Below are positions 1 through 7,798 of a DNA stretch of 30,312 bases, one piece after another. The translations under genes and the position numbers were made by a program. Under the pieces are notes generated by a model. It did not search any database and was not told where the DNA came from. It saw only the letters and a program-made list of their open reading frames with translations. Each line of letters begins with the position of its first letter. Positions within the stretch are counted from its first letter, which is position 1. The DNA comes from a virus (Duplodnaviria; Caudoviricetes): positions 1 to 30,312 of the IMG/VR virus record IMGVR_UViG_3300033067_000779. The stretch is one strand, 5' to 3'.

Positions 1-9
1 GCTTGAACA

Positions 10-444
10 TCACGCGGCCTCTTTCTTTCCGGCGTTCAACACATCGGTCAACGGGGCGAGTTGCGAAAGGCTCGCGTGCGCCGCCGTGAGCCGGCCGTTC
101 GGCGCGGTGTCCACGGCGATCTGCCACACTTCGGCTTGCTCGGTGGGGGTGAGGCCAGCGAGTGGGCGGATCTGGCGTTCGCTAGTGGGAACCATGGTTC
201 CCAAATCGCCGATCGTGTCGTATATCGAGGTTGCCTCGATCAATTGGTTTGCCCGTCGGCGTGTCATTCCCCACCGCTCGCGGCAGTAGTCCTCGAACGT
301 GCCGTGCGACTGGCGGTACAGCCGGGCGTCGCGGATCTCGGCAAGCGCGGCGCCGACTTCGTAGAACGTCTTCAGCCCGCGCTCGATGACGGCTTCACAC
401 GTGGAGAGACGATTGGTTTCGATGGTGGTCAGCGCGTCCATCAC
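10..444 (-). CDS. Phage hypothetical protein (DUF3102-like helical protein)
   Basis: 144-aa ORF. The motif 'FYEVGAALAEIRDARLYRQSHGTFEDYCRERWG' is typical of phage DUF3102-like proteins. Start overlaps the stop of the upstream ORF. Confidence 0.7.
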   Translation of the reverse strand: MMDALTTIETNRLSTCEAVIERGLKTFYEVGAALAEIRDARLYRQSHGTFEDYCRERWGMTRRRANQLIEATSIYDTIGDLGTMVPTSERQIRPLAGLTPTEQAEVWQIAVDTAPNGRLTAAHASLSQLAPLTDVLNAGKKEAA

Positions 445-659
445 GCGGCCTCCTTCACTTCGCTCGGCGCTTCCGTATCGGCAAGAGTTGCGGCGGCGGA
501 ATAGCGGCGCAAAAAAAGGCGCTGCGCCGCGCGGTACAGCACGGAGCGGTTGTTGATACCCCAGAGCTGCGCCAGCGCCGCCATCTGCTCGGCGTCGCTT
601 CTGTCGGACTGGAAGGTGACGCTTACCTGCTCGTCAACGGATCGTCGTGGGCGGGGCAT
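441..659 (-). CDS. Small putative DNA-binding regulator (ribbon-helix-helix-like)
   Basis: 72 aa with a beta-strand (QVSVTF) followed by two helices (..NRSVLYRAA..). AGGAG RBS upstream; directly behind a consensus promoter. Confidence 0.55.
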   Translation of the reverse strand: MPRPRRSVDEQVSVTFQSDRSDAEQMAALAQLWGINNRSVLYRAAQRLFLRRYSAAATLADTEAPSEVKEAA

Positions 660-694
660 GTATCTTGCTCCTGGTTCATTCTTGCGTTAACGGA

Positions 695-723
695 AGTATA
701 CTCCACTGACATCGGAATGTCAA
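695..723 (-). promoter_or_regulatory. Sigma70-type promoter for the leftward genes
   Basis: Minus strand reads TTGACA (723-718), 17 bp spacer, TATACT (700-695). Confidence 0.8.
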
Positions 724-822
724 GTAAAAATCCTGTTTTTCGGGTATACTGTACGTGGCGCAATAGTTCCGCAGGGGTTTGGTGCCAACGACCGGGGTGC
801 GTAAGCCCCCGGTCGTTCGGCG

Positions 823-852
823 TTGACGCCCTCTTTACGCGCGTGCTATACT
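823..852 (+). promoter_or_regulatory. Sigma70-type promoter for the rightward (late) operon
   Basis: TTGACG (823-828), 18 bp spacer, TATACT (847-852), with extended -10 TG at 844-845. Confidence 0.7.
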
Positions 853-940
853 TGCGTTGGCGGAACTCTTCCGCCGTTGCACCGGGCGGCCACCTTCCCT
901 CGACAGCCCGCCGCCCGGTGCTACCAGAGAGGCGCGGCGC

Positions 941-2062
941 GTGGCACGCTACCCTGCTGCTGACTGGCAGCCAACCCCCAACATGTGGCGCGGCAACAGC
1001 GGCCGAGACGCGGTGTGCTTGCACATCGCGCAAGGCGGCTATCAGTCGAGCATTGACTACATGCGGCAGGCCGGCACATCGGCGCATTTTGTCATCAGCC
1101 TGACGGGCGCCGTCGCGCAGTGCGTAGACACCGACGATAGCGCCTGGGGCAACGGCCTGACGCCGAACGGGCGCGGCTGGCTCACGCCGAGCGGGCGCCC
1201 CGTCGCCCCGTCGTGGAGCGGCATCCGCGCCGGCGTCAACCCCAACCGGACGACGATCTCTATCGAGCATGCGGGCTTCTCCGGCGCCCCCCTGTCTGCC
1301 GCACAGCAGACGGCGACCGTGGCGCTTCTTGCATGGCTGGCGACGCAGCACCCCACGCTTGCCCCGTATCGCCCCGCGCGCACCCTCATCGGCCACGCGG
1401 ACATTAACCCGCGTGACAAGCCGTTCTGTCCCGGCCCCGCGTTCGACGTTGCTGCGCTCGCCAGCCGTGCGAACGGCGACGCCCCGCCGCCCGTCTACAC
1501 CGCCGACAGCCCGATCCTCGGGCCGGCGCACGTCACCGGCGCGGCGGCGCTGCTGCGCGAGCGGGCGACGGCGTACAACGCCTATGACATCAGCGTGATC
1601 GTTGGCGCGTACGCCGCAACGTGCGCCGATGTCGGCGTGGACCCGGCGATTGCGCTGGCGCAGATGATCCACGAAACCGGCTGGCTCACCTCGTGGTGGT
1701 GCGAGCGCCCCCGCCGCAACCCGGCCGGGATCGGCGTCACCGGCGCGTGGCGGCCGTGGCGTATGCCCGGCCCGTGGGCGCAGCGGGGCGCGCTGTGGCT
1801 GGAGGGCGTGTCGTTTAGCGACTGGCGCCGCGAGAGCGTCCCGGCGCACGTCGGACGGCTACTTGCCTACGCGTTGACGGACGAGCAGGCGACGGCGGCG
1901 CAGCGCAAGCTTATTGACTACGCGCTGTCCGTGCGCCCGCTGCCCGCCGCGTATCGGGGCGTGGCGCCGACGCTGCGCGGGCTGAACGGGCGCTGGGCTG
2001 TGCCGGGCACGACGTACGCCGACGCCGTGGCGCGGGTGGCGACGGCCATTACGGGGGCGTGA
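941..2062 (+). CDS. Endolysin: N-acetylmuramoyl-L-alanine amidase (Amidase_2) plus C-terminal glucosaminidase-like domain
   Basis: Amidase_2 motifs HIAQG, SAHFVI, ISIEHAG, IGHADIN..CPG. C-terminal 'ALAQMIHETG..RNPAGIG..LNGRWA..YAD' resembles GH73. Start placed at GTG 941 after AGAGAGG (ORF track begins at 857). Confidence 0.85.
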   Translation: MARYPAADWQPTPNMWRGNSGRDAVCLHIAQGGYQSSIDYMRQAGTSAHFVISLTGAVAQCVDTDDSAWGNGLTPNGRGWLTPSGRPVAPSWSGIRAGVNPNRTTISIEHAGFSGAPLSAAQQTATVALLAWLATQHPTLAPYRPARTLIGHADINPRDKPFCPGPAFDVAALASRANGDAPPPVYTADSPILGPAHVTGAAALLRERATAYNAYDISVIVGAYAATCADVGVDPAIALAQMIHETGWLTSWWCERPRRNPAGIGVTGAWRPWRMPGPWAQRGALWLEGVSFSDWRRESVPAHVGRLLAYALTDEQATAAQRKLIDYALSVRPLPAAYRGVAPTLRGLNGRWAVPGTTYADAVARVATAITGA

Positions 2063-2063
2063 C

Positions 2064-2297
2064 ATGACCACCTACCGCACCACCCGCGACACGCCCGTCT
2101 ACCTCCGCCCGTCGGCGGCAAGCGGGGTGTTTCTGTTCTGGCCGGCCGGGACGGTGTTCGAGGCGACGCCCCGCCGCCGCTGGGCGCGTGCGTCCGGCGC
2201 TGCTGGCCGATGTGTGGGAGTGGAGCAGGTTCTGAGGGGAGGGCGCCTGGAGCGGCAGCCGGCAAGCACACCGCTCCAGACTAGGCCGACGGCGTAG
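2064..2297 (+). CDS. Hypothetical protein (N-terminus loosely SH3-like)
   Basis: Starts 1 nt after the endolysin stop; 'TTRDTPVYLRPSAAS..WPAGTVFEA'. Confidence 0.4.
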   Translation: MTTYRTTRDTPVYLRPSAASGVFLFWPAGTVFEATPRRRWARASGAAGRCVGVEQVLRGGRLERQPASTPLQTRPTA

Positions 2298-2344
2298 GAG
2301 GCGGCGCTGCCTTATGACAGAGAACACAAGCGGAGGGAGCGTCA

Positions 2345-2623
2345 ATGAGCAGTAGCGATCCCTTCGACGCCCAGCGGCAGGCGGCCACGCTCCTAGGAGA
2401 CGTGATTTTCGCCCTGAACCTTTCCACTGAGCACCGGGCGGCCTTGCAGGACGCGATGGGCCGATGGATGCACGCCCTGGCAAACGCCGCCAACGCGGCG
2501 GCGGGCCGGGCGGCCGTGGCGCTCATCGAGGCGCAGCGGGCACGGGTGGACGCCAACACGGCGCTCCTTGCCGATCTGGCGCAGCGCGTCGAGGTGCTGG
2601 AGGGCGGCCGTGGCGAGTCCTGA
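2345..2623 (+). CDS. Hypothetical helical/coiled-coil protein
   Basis: GGAGGGAG RBS upstream; C-terminal heptads 'LLADLAQRVEVLE'. Confidence 0.65.
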   Translation: MSSSDPFDAQRQAATLLGDVIFALNLSTEHRAALQDAMGRWMHALANAANAAAGRAAVALIEAQRARVDANTALLADLAQRVEVLEGGRGES

Positions 2624-2987
2624 CGAGCTGCGCGACATCGAGCTACGGCGGCTTGCCGAGCTGGAAAAGCAGCGCGCCTACCACGGCATCGACACGGACC
2701 CGGAGATCCTGCTAGAGATCGCCGACATCCGCGCACGCTACGGCGCCGACGCGCACGCCACCCCGCCGCATCGGGTGGCGACGACCAAGGACACGGTTGC
2801 GGCGCTGTGGCTGGAGATTGACTTGATCCGGGCGCTCGCCGCCTCCGCGCTGCGGATGGCGGTGGACTGGCACCAGTGGCGCAACCGGCTGCTCTACGCG
2901 ATCGGCGTGCTCGCCGTCGTGAGCGGCATCAGCATCGCCACGCTCTGGCTGGTCCTGGTGCTCGTCAGTCGGCTCGGGGGGCTGTGA
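2610..2987 (+). CDS. Membrane protein with C-terminal transmembrane helix (holin/antiholin candidate)
   Basis: GTG start at 2610 after GGAGGG. Hydrophobic C-terminus LLYAIGVLAVVSGISIATLWLVLVLV; near the endolysin. Confidence 0.6.
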   Translation: MASPDELRDIELRRLAELEKQRAYHGIDTDPEILLEIADIRARYGADAHATPPHRVATTKDTVAALWLEIDLIRALAASALRMAVDWHQWRNRLLYAIGVLAVVSGISIATLWLVLVLVSRLGGL

Positions 2988-4021
2988 TGGATACACGGCG
3001 CGTGCCAGGTATCCAGCAGAAGGGCAACAAGTGGCGGTTTCGGGTGCGCGACGGCGACGGACGCCGGCGGTGGGTATGGTGCGACACGCTGGCCGAGGCC
3101 ATCGAGCGCAAGCGGGGCGCGGTCCCGCCGCCGACGGAGCCCGAGGGCGTGCGCGTCGAGGGCCTGACGCTTGACGAGGAGCCGCCGCCGATCGAGGAAG
3201 TCTGGAGCAAGGCGATCCGCACAAGCGAGCGGGTGCTGGCAATGGCGCAGCGCAAGACGCAGCAGAGCATCGAACTCCCGAGCGAGCCGTGCGCCATCGC
3301 CTTCCTCTCCGACCTGCACCTCGGGGCGCCGGGCACCGACTACCGGGCGGCGCGGCGAGATGCGGAGATCGTCAGGGACACGCCGGGCTTCTACGCCGTC
3401 TTCCACGGCGACGGCTTCGACAACTGGATCATCGGCAAATTGCAGCCGTTGCAGCGCGGGCAGGCCGTGCCGTATGACGAAGAGGTGGCGCTGTTCGTGG
3501 ACTGGCTGAACATCTTGCGCGGCAAGTTACTCGCCGTCGTTTTGGGAAACCATGACAACTGGTCCCGCAAGGTTGGCGCGGTTGATTTCATCCGCAAGGC
3601 GCTCGACGGCGCACGGCTCCTGTTCGATACGCAGCAGGTGTACTTTCTGCTCGTCCATGGCGACACGACACGGCGGGTGCTGGTGCGGCACAAGTGGCGC
3701 GGCAGCAGTATCTACAATGTGACGCACGGGATTGAGGTGGGATGGGACCGACTCGGCGTCAACTTCGATTGGGGCATCGCCGGGCACACGCACATCGGCA
3801 CCTACTGCCGCCCGTTCACGCGGCACCGCAAGCGCCGCCACGCGATTTTGACGGGCGCGTATAAGCTGGTTGACGAGTTCGCCGCCGAGATTGGCTTTGC
3901 ACCGACGGACGGCATGGGCTGCGGGGCAATGGTGCTCCACCCCGACGGGCGCGAATGGTGGTTCGACGGACTGAGCGAGGCGGCCGAGTTTCTGACGTAT
4001 TTGCGGAGCAAGGGAGGCTAG
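2987..4021 (+). CDS. Calcineurin-like metallophosphoesterase with N-terminal AP2/integrase-arm-like domain
   Basis: SDLHLG, GDGFD, GNHD, RH and GHTH motifs. ATG 2987 overlaps the upstream TGA. N-terminal 'GIQQKGNKWRFRVRDGDGRRRW..TLAEAIE'. Confidence 0.8.
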   Translation: MDTRRVPGIQQKGNKWRFRVRDGDGRRRWVWCDTLAEAIERKRGAVPPPTEPEGVRVEGLTLDEEPPPIEEVWSKAIRTSERVLAMAQRKTQQSIELPSEPCAIAFLSDLHLGAPGTDYRAARRDAEIVRDTPGFYAVFHGDGFDNWIIGKLQPLQRGQAVPYDEEVALFVDWLNILRGKLLAVVLGNHDNWSRKVGAVDFIRKALDGARLLFDTQQVYFLLVHGDTTRRVLVRHKWRGSSIYNVTHGIEVGWDRLGVNFDWGIAGHTHIGTYCRPFTRHRKRRHAILTGAYKLVDEFAAEIGFAPTDGMGCGAMVLHPDGREWWFDGLSEAAEFLTYLRSKGG

Positions 4022-4185
4022 TGGTGTCAAAGCTTTGGCCCAACCGCCACCTCGGCGCCCCGCGCCCGCCGCCCATCTTGCGGCTGTGGCTGGTGCTCTG
4101 TGACGAGGCGGCCGAGGCCGTGGCGCGGGGCGACAAAGCAGCACTGGCGCGGGCGATTGCCGCGCTGCGCGGGGAGGATCGATGA
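4021..4185 (+). CDS. Small hypothetical protein
   Basis: GTG after GGGAGG; its stop overlaps the next ATG (ATGA). Confidence 0.45.
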   Translation: MVSKLWPNRHLGAPRPPPILRLWLVLCDEAAEAVARGDKAALARAIAALRGEDR

Positions 4186-4394
4186 AACCGACAACCAAGG
4201 CGCCGATCGGCAAGGTGATCGCCGGAGCCGGAGGGGCGTCCATCGCCGGCCCGCTGCTCGATGTGCTGCTGTGGCTGTTCAATGCCGCGCCGCCCGCCGA
4301 CATCCGCGCGGCGATGCTGGCGCTGCTGAGCGCCGGGCTGGCGCTCGCCGCCGGGTGGCTCACGCCGCTGTTCGCGGGTGAGGTTGCGCCGTAG
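4182..4394 (+). CDS. Small two-TM membrane protein, putative holin
   Basis: 70 aa with two hydrophobic segments and a basic N-terminus; GGAGG RBS. Confidence 0.55.
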   Translation: MKPTTKAPIGKVIAGAGGASIAGPLLDVLLWLFNAAPPADIRAAMLALLSAGLALAAGWLTPLFAGEVAP

Positions 4395-5024
4395 ATGGCC
4401 TTCCCGTCAACATCCGTTCAGGACACCTTCAGTTACAGCAACGGCCTGCTGGCGTCCGTCAGTAGCGGGGCGTGGACATCGCCGGTCGGCCTGGATTTCA
4501 ACGTCTCGGGCAACAAAATCTTCGGCTTTGCTGGCGCCGGATCGATCGTGACGTATGCGACGCTCGGCAACATCACGATGCCGGAGTGCTACATCACCAT
4601 CACGGATTTGCCGAGCAGCGGGCAGGCGGTCGCGGCGCTCTGGATCGACGGGAGCGGCAACGGCTACGCCTGCCAGTACACGCACGGCAGCCCCGGAAGC
4701 ATCATCGCCGGCACCGTCTCTGGATACGCCGTCACCGCGATCGGCGCCAGCGTGAGTCTGACGCTCTCGGCCGGGGATCAAATTGGCCTGGAGGTCAACA
4801 CCACGACCAACACGGTGAACGCCTGGTCGGCGACCGGCGGGACGTGGACACAGCGCGCCAGCCGCTCGAACAGCACGCACACATCGGCGCGGCGGGTCGG
4901 GCTGGCCGTGGCCGGCACGGCCGCCGGGCTCGATGACTTCGGCGGGGGCGCCGTGACCGCTGCCGCAACCAGCATGACACCACAGCGCGGGCCGCGTCTC
5001 CCATTCGCCATTTTAGCAAGGTAG
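4395..5024 (+). CDS. Putative virion accessory protein (beta-sandwich/lectin-like)
   Basis: Ser/Thr/Gly-rich beta pattern, 'DTFS..NG.L...WT' and 'LDDFGGG'; abuts its neighbours. Confidence 0.6.
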   Translation: MAFPSTSVQDTFSYSNGLLASVSSGAWTSPVGLDFNVSGNKIFGFAGAGSIVTYATLGNITMPECYITITDLPSSGQAVAALWIDGSGNGYACQYTHGSPGSIIAGTVSGYAVTAIGASVSLTLSAGDQIGLEVNTTTNTVNAWSATGGTWTQRASRSNSTHTSARRVGLAVAGTAAGLDDFGGGAVTAAATSMTPQRGPRLPFAILAR

Positions 5025-5030
5025 GAACTG

Positions 5031-5498
5031 ATGGGACGGATGTACAGCATCACCTTAGCGCCGGGGGCGATCACCGTCGCGGCCGACCTGATCGAAATCT
5101 CGCCGGCCGACGATCTGCCGGTCGTCATTCACGGCTTCCGCGTGTGGCAGACGAGCGACCTGGGCGACGCGGCCGAAGAGATCATCACGCTCTCGTGGCT
5201 GCGCGGGCACACCACAAGCGGCTCGGGCGGCTCGGCAGGCACCGCCGTACCGAAGAACCACCGAGACGCGGCGGCGGGCTTTGCCTGCGAGGTCGGCAAC
5301 ACCACGGCGGCCAGCAGCGGCACCGCCGTGACGACCTACAGCACCGGATGGAACGTGCGGGCGCCGCTGGAGGTGGTGTTCACGCCCGAGCAGCGTATTC
5401 GGGCGGATCAGGGCAACACCACGCTGGTGTTGCGGATGGGCGGGGCGCCGGCGGACTCACTGACGATTGGTTGTTCGGTAGACGTGGAGGAACTGTAG
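5031..5498 (+). CDS. Putative virion structural protein
   Basis: 155 aa, beta-rich, ends 'VDVEEL'; AGGAA RBS. Confidence 0.6.
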   Translation: MGRMYSITLAPGAITVAADLIEISPADDLPVVIHGFRVWQTSDLGDAAEEIITLSWLRGHTTSGSGGSAGTAVPKNHRDAAAGFACEVGNTTAASSGTAVTTYSTGWNVRAPLEVVFTPEQRIRADQGNTTLVLRMGGAPADSLTIGCSVDVEEL

Positions 5499-5499
5499 G

Positions 5500-5937
5500 A
5501 TGGCACTACGACGATCGGTCGGCCTGCGTAACTTCTGCCTGACCTCGGGCTTCGCAACGGCCTTTGACGGCGGCACCGGGCGGATCAACATCTACACCGG
5601 CAGCCAGCCGGCCTCGGCCGACGCGGCGGCCACCGGGACGCTTCTGGCAACGCTCACGCTGGCGAGCGATGCCTTCGGCGCGGCGTCGTCCGGCGCGGTG
5701 GCAATCAATAGCGTGACCAGCGACTCGGCGGCGGATGCGTCCGGCGCGCCGGGCTATGCGCGCTTCTACCTGACTGGCGACACGGCGCCGGGGAGCATCG
5801 CCGACAGCGACGATCGGCGGATGGACTGCGACGCCACCGGGACGGAGATCACGTTCTCCGGCCTTGTCGGCGGTGAGATCGTTGCCGGTGGCACCGTGTC
5901 GGTCAGCTCGTTCACCTACACCGAGGCCGCCGGCTAG
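5500..5937 (+). CDS. Putative virion fibre-associated structural protein
   Basis: 'INIYTGSQPASADAAATGTLLATLTL..GTVSVSSFT' pattern is common in phage structural proteins. Confidence 0.65.
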   Translation: MALRRSVGLRNFCLTSGFATAFDGGTGRINIYTGSQPASADAAATGTLLATLTLASDAFGAASSGAVAINSVTSDSAADASGAPGYARFYLTGDTAPGSIADSDDRRMDCDATGTEITFSGLVGGEIVAGGTVSVSSFTYTEAAG

Positions 5938-5949
5938 TAGGGGATCGCC

Positions 5950-7041
5950 GTGCCCGTCTTCCGTCGGCCATCATTTGCCCCGTTCCGGCGGCGCCCGTCG
6001 ATCCTCGGCGGCGCGCCCGCGCCAGTGTTTGACGGTACGGGCGCGGTGGTGGCGACGGCGACGGCAAGCGGCGCGGCCTCGCACACCGCGCCCACCTTTG
6101 CCGGATCGGGGGCGGTCGTCGCGACGGCCGCCGTCAGTGGCGCCGGTTCGCACACCGCCCCGACGTTCAGCGGGGCCGGGGCGGTCACGGCCACCGCCAC
6201 CGCCACCGGCAGCGCGGCGCACACCGCGCCGACGTTTAGCGCAAGCGGCGCGGTGGGGGCGGTCGCCACCGCAACGGGCGCCGGTTCGCACACGGCACCC
6301 ACCTTTGCGGGGAGCGGCGCGGTCAGTGCCACGGCTTCGGCGAGTGGCGCGGGCACACACACGGCCTCAACCTTCGACGGCACGGGCGCGGTAACGGCGG
6401 CTGCGTCTGTCAGCGGCGAGGGCTCGCACGCCGCGTCACTGTTTGACGGCACCGGCGCGGTTGTGGCCGTGGCGACCGTGAGCGGGGCCGGCGCGCACAC
6501 CGCGCCGACGTTCGCAGGCTCGGGCGCCGTGGTTGCGGCGGCCGTCGGGAGTGGCAGCGGCAGTCACACCGCCCCGACGTTCAGCGCGAGTGGGGCGGTC
6601 GTTGCGACGGCAACCGTCACCGGCGCCGGGGCGTTTGTCGAGGCCGGTGCATTCGACGGCACGGGCGCGGTCGTCGCCATCGCCACGGCAAGCGGCAGCG
6701 GCAGCCACGCGGCCCCGACGTTTGCGGGGAGTGGCGCGGTCGTCGGGGGTGCTCAGGCGACCGGGGCGGCCTCGCACACGGCCCCGACATTCAGCGTCAG
6801 TGGTGGGGTTGTTGCGTCGGCGGTCGTGATCGGGGCGGGCGTCTATGCAATCGACGGCGTGGGCGCGGTCGTTGCCTACGCGACGGTGAGCGGCGTGGCG
6901 GTGTTCACGGAAGGGGGCGTACTTGCCCCCGGCACGACGATCGCTCTGCCCGCGTTGCACCGGCGCGTCACCAGCCGAGCCGAACGGAGCACCATACTGG
7001 CCGCCCTTCAGCGGCGCGTCACCCTAGATACGAGGGATTAG
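5950..7041 (+). CDS. Ala/Gly/Ser/Thr-rich repeat protein, putative fibre
   Basis: About 13 copies of a ~23-aa unit FxGSGAVVATAxxSGAGSHTAPT. Confidence 0.75.
   Translation: MPVFRRPSFAPFRRRPSILGGAPAPVFDGTGAVVATATASGAASHTAPTFAGSGAVVATAAVSGAGSHTAPTFSGAGAVTATATATGSAAHTAPTFSASGAVGAVATATGAGSHTAPTFAGSGAVSATASASGAGTHTASTFDGTGAVTAAASVSGEGSHAASLFDGTGAVVAVATVSGAGAHTAPTFAGSGAVVAAAVGSGSGSHTAPTFSASGAVVATATVTGAGAFVEAGAFDGTGAVVAIATASGSGSHAAPTFAGSGAVVGGAQATGAASHTAPTFSVSGGVVASAVVIGAGVYAIDGVGAVVAYATVSGVAVFTEGGVLAPGTTIALPALHRRVTSRAERSTILAALQRRVTLDTRD
6028..6910 (+). repeat. Degenerate ~69-bp coding tandem repeat (~13 units)
   Basis: Unit-initial Phe codons recur at 6028, 6097, 6166, 6235 and onward; protein-level conservation exceeds DNA-level conservation. 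Confidence 0.85.
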
Positions 7042-7043
7042 GC

Positions 7044-7319
7044 ATGGCATCCTACATCCGCGATCCGAAAGATCCCGACGACGTGGACACCTTCAGCGTC
7101 GATTGGACTAACCGCCTCGGCAGCGAGACGATCAGCACGCTTGCCGTCTCCGCTGTCTCGGGCTGCACGGTAGACAGCAGCAGCACGAGCGGCGCGGTGA
7201 CGACGGCAACCGTGAGCGGTGGTACGGCAGGCGTGGCGGCCGTGGTGCGGTTTCGTATCACCACGTCGGGCGGGCGGCAGCTTGATGAGACGGTGACGAT
7301 CCCGGTAGAGGCGCGGTAG
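7044..7319 (+). CDS. Putative phage fibre adaptor protein
   Basis: The 'KDPDDVDTFSVDW..SGGTAG..ITTSGGR..ETV' signature is seen in small phage Ig-like adaptor proteins. Confidence 0.65.
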   Translation: MASYIRDPKDPDDVDTFSVDWTNRLGSETISTLAVSAVSGCTVDSSSTSGAVTTATVSGGTAGVAAVVRFRITTSGGRQLDETVTIPVEAR

Positions 7320-7330
7320 GAGGGGAGCGG

Positions 7331-7798
7331 GTGACGACGGCACGACAGACACGAAAGACGGCTAAAAAAGAGGTGTGGCGGGATTCGTTCCTGGCCGCGC
7401 TTGCGGCTGTCGGGAACGTGTCTGAGGCCGCCAAAGCCGCCGGGGTGAGCCGGGCGTTCGTCTACACGGAGCGCAAGGCCGATCCCGCGTTCGCGGCGCT
7501 GTGGGATGACGCCCTCGACAGCGCGGCCGACGTGATGGAGCGAGAGGCGTTCCGGCGCGCCGTGGAGGGCGTTGACGAGCCGGTGTTCGGCCCGACGGGG
7601 CGCGGACTTGGCTCGGGCGAGATCGGCACGATCCGCAAGTACTCAGACACGCTGCTGATCTTCCTCTTGAAAGGTGCGCGGCCGAACAAGTACCGCGAGA
7701 CGACGCGCAATATCAACGTCACCTTGACGCCCGAGCAGGTGGCGCAGATGAGCGACGCCGAGATCGACGCCGAACTGAAGCGGCGGGGGCTGCTGTGA
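7331..7798 (+). CDS. terS: Terminase small subunit
   Basis: HTH 'FLAALAAVGNVSEAAKAAGVSRAFVY', 'EAFRRAVEG', 'KYSDTLLIFLLKGARPNKYRE'; overlaps the terL start (GTGA). Confidence 0.85.
   Translation: MTTARQTRKTAKKEVWRDSFLAALAAVGNVSEAAKAAGVSRAFVYTERKADPAFAALWDDALDSAADVMEREAFRRAVEGVDEPVFGPTGRGLGSGEIGTIRKYSDTLLIFLLKGARPNKYRETTRNINVTLTPEQVAQMSDAEIDAELKRRGLL

Noticed and set aside
6028-6910. Regular ~69-bp periodicity as a CRISPR array or DGR repeat
   Set aside because: The repeats are in-frame, degenerate at synonymous positions and lack unique spacers; no cas or reverse transcriptase gene is present in the window.
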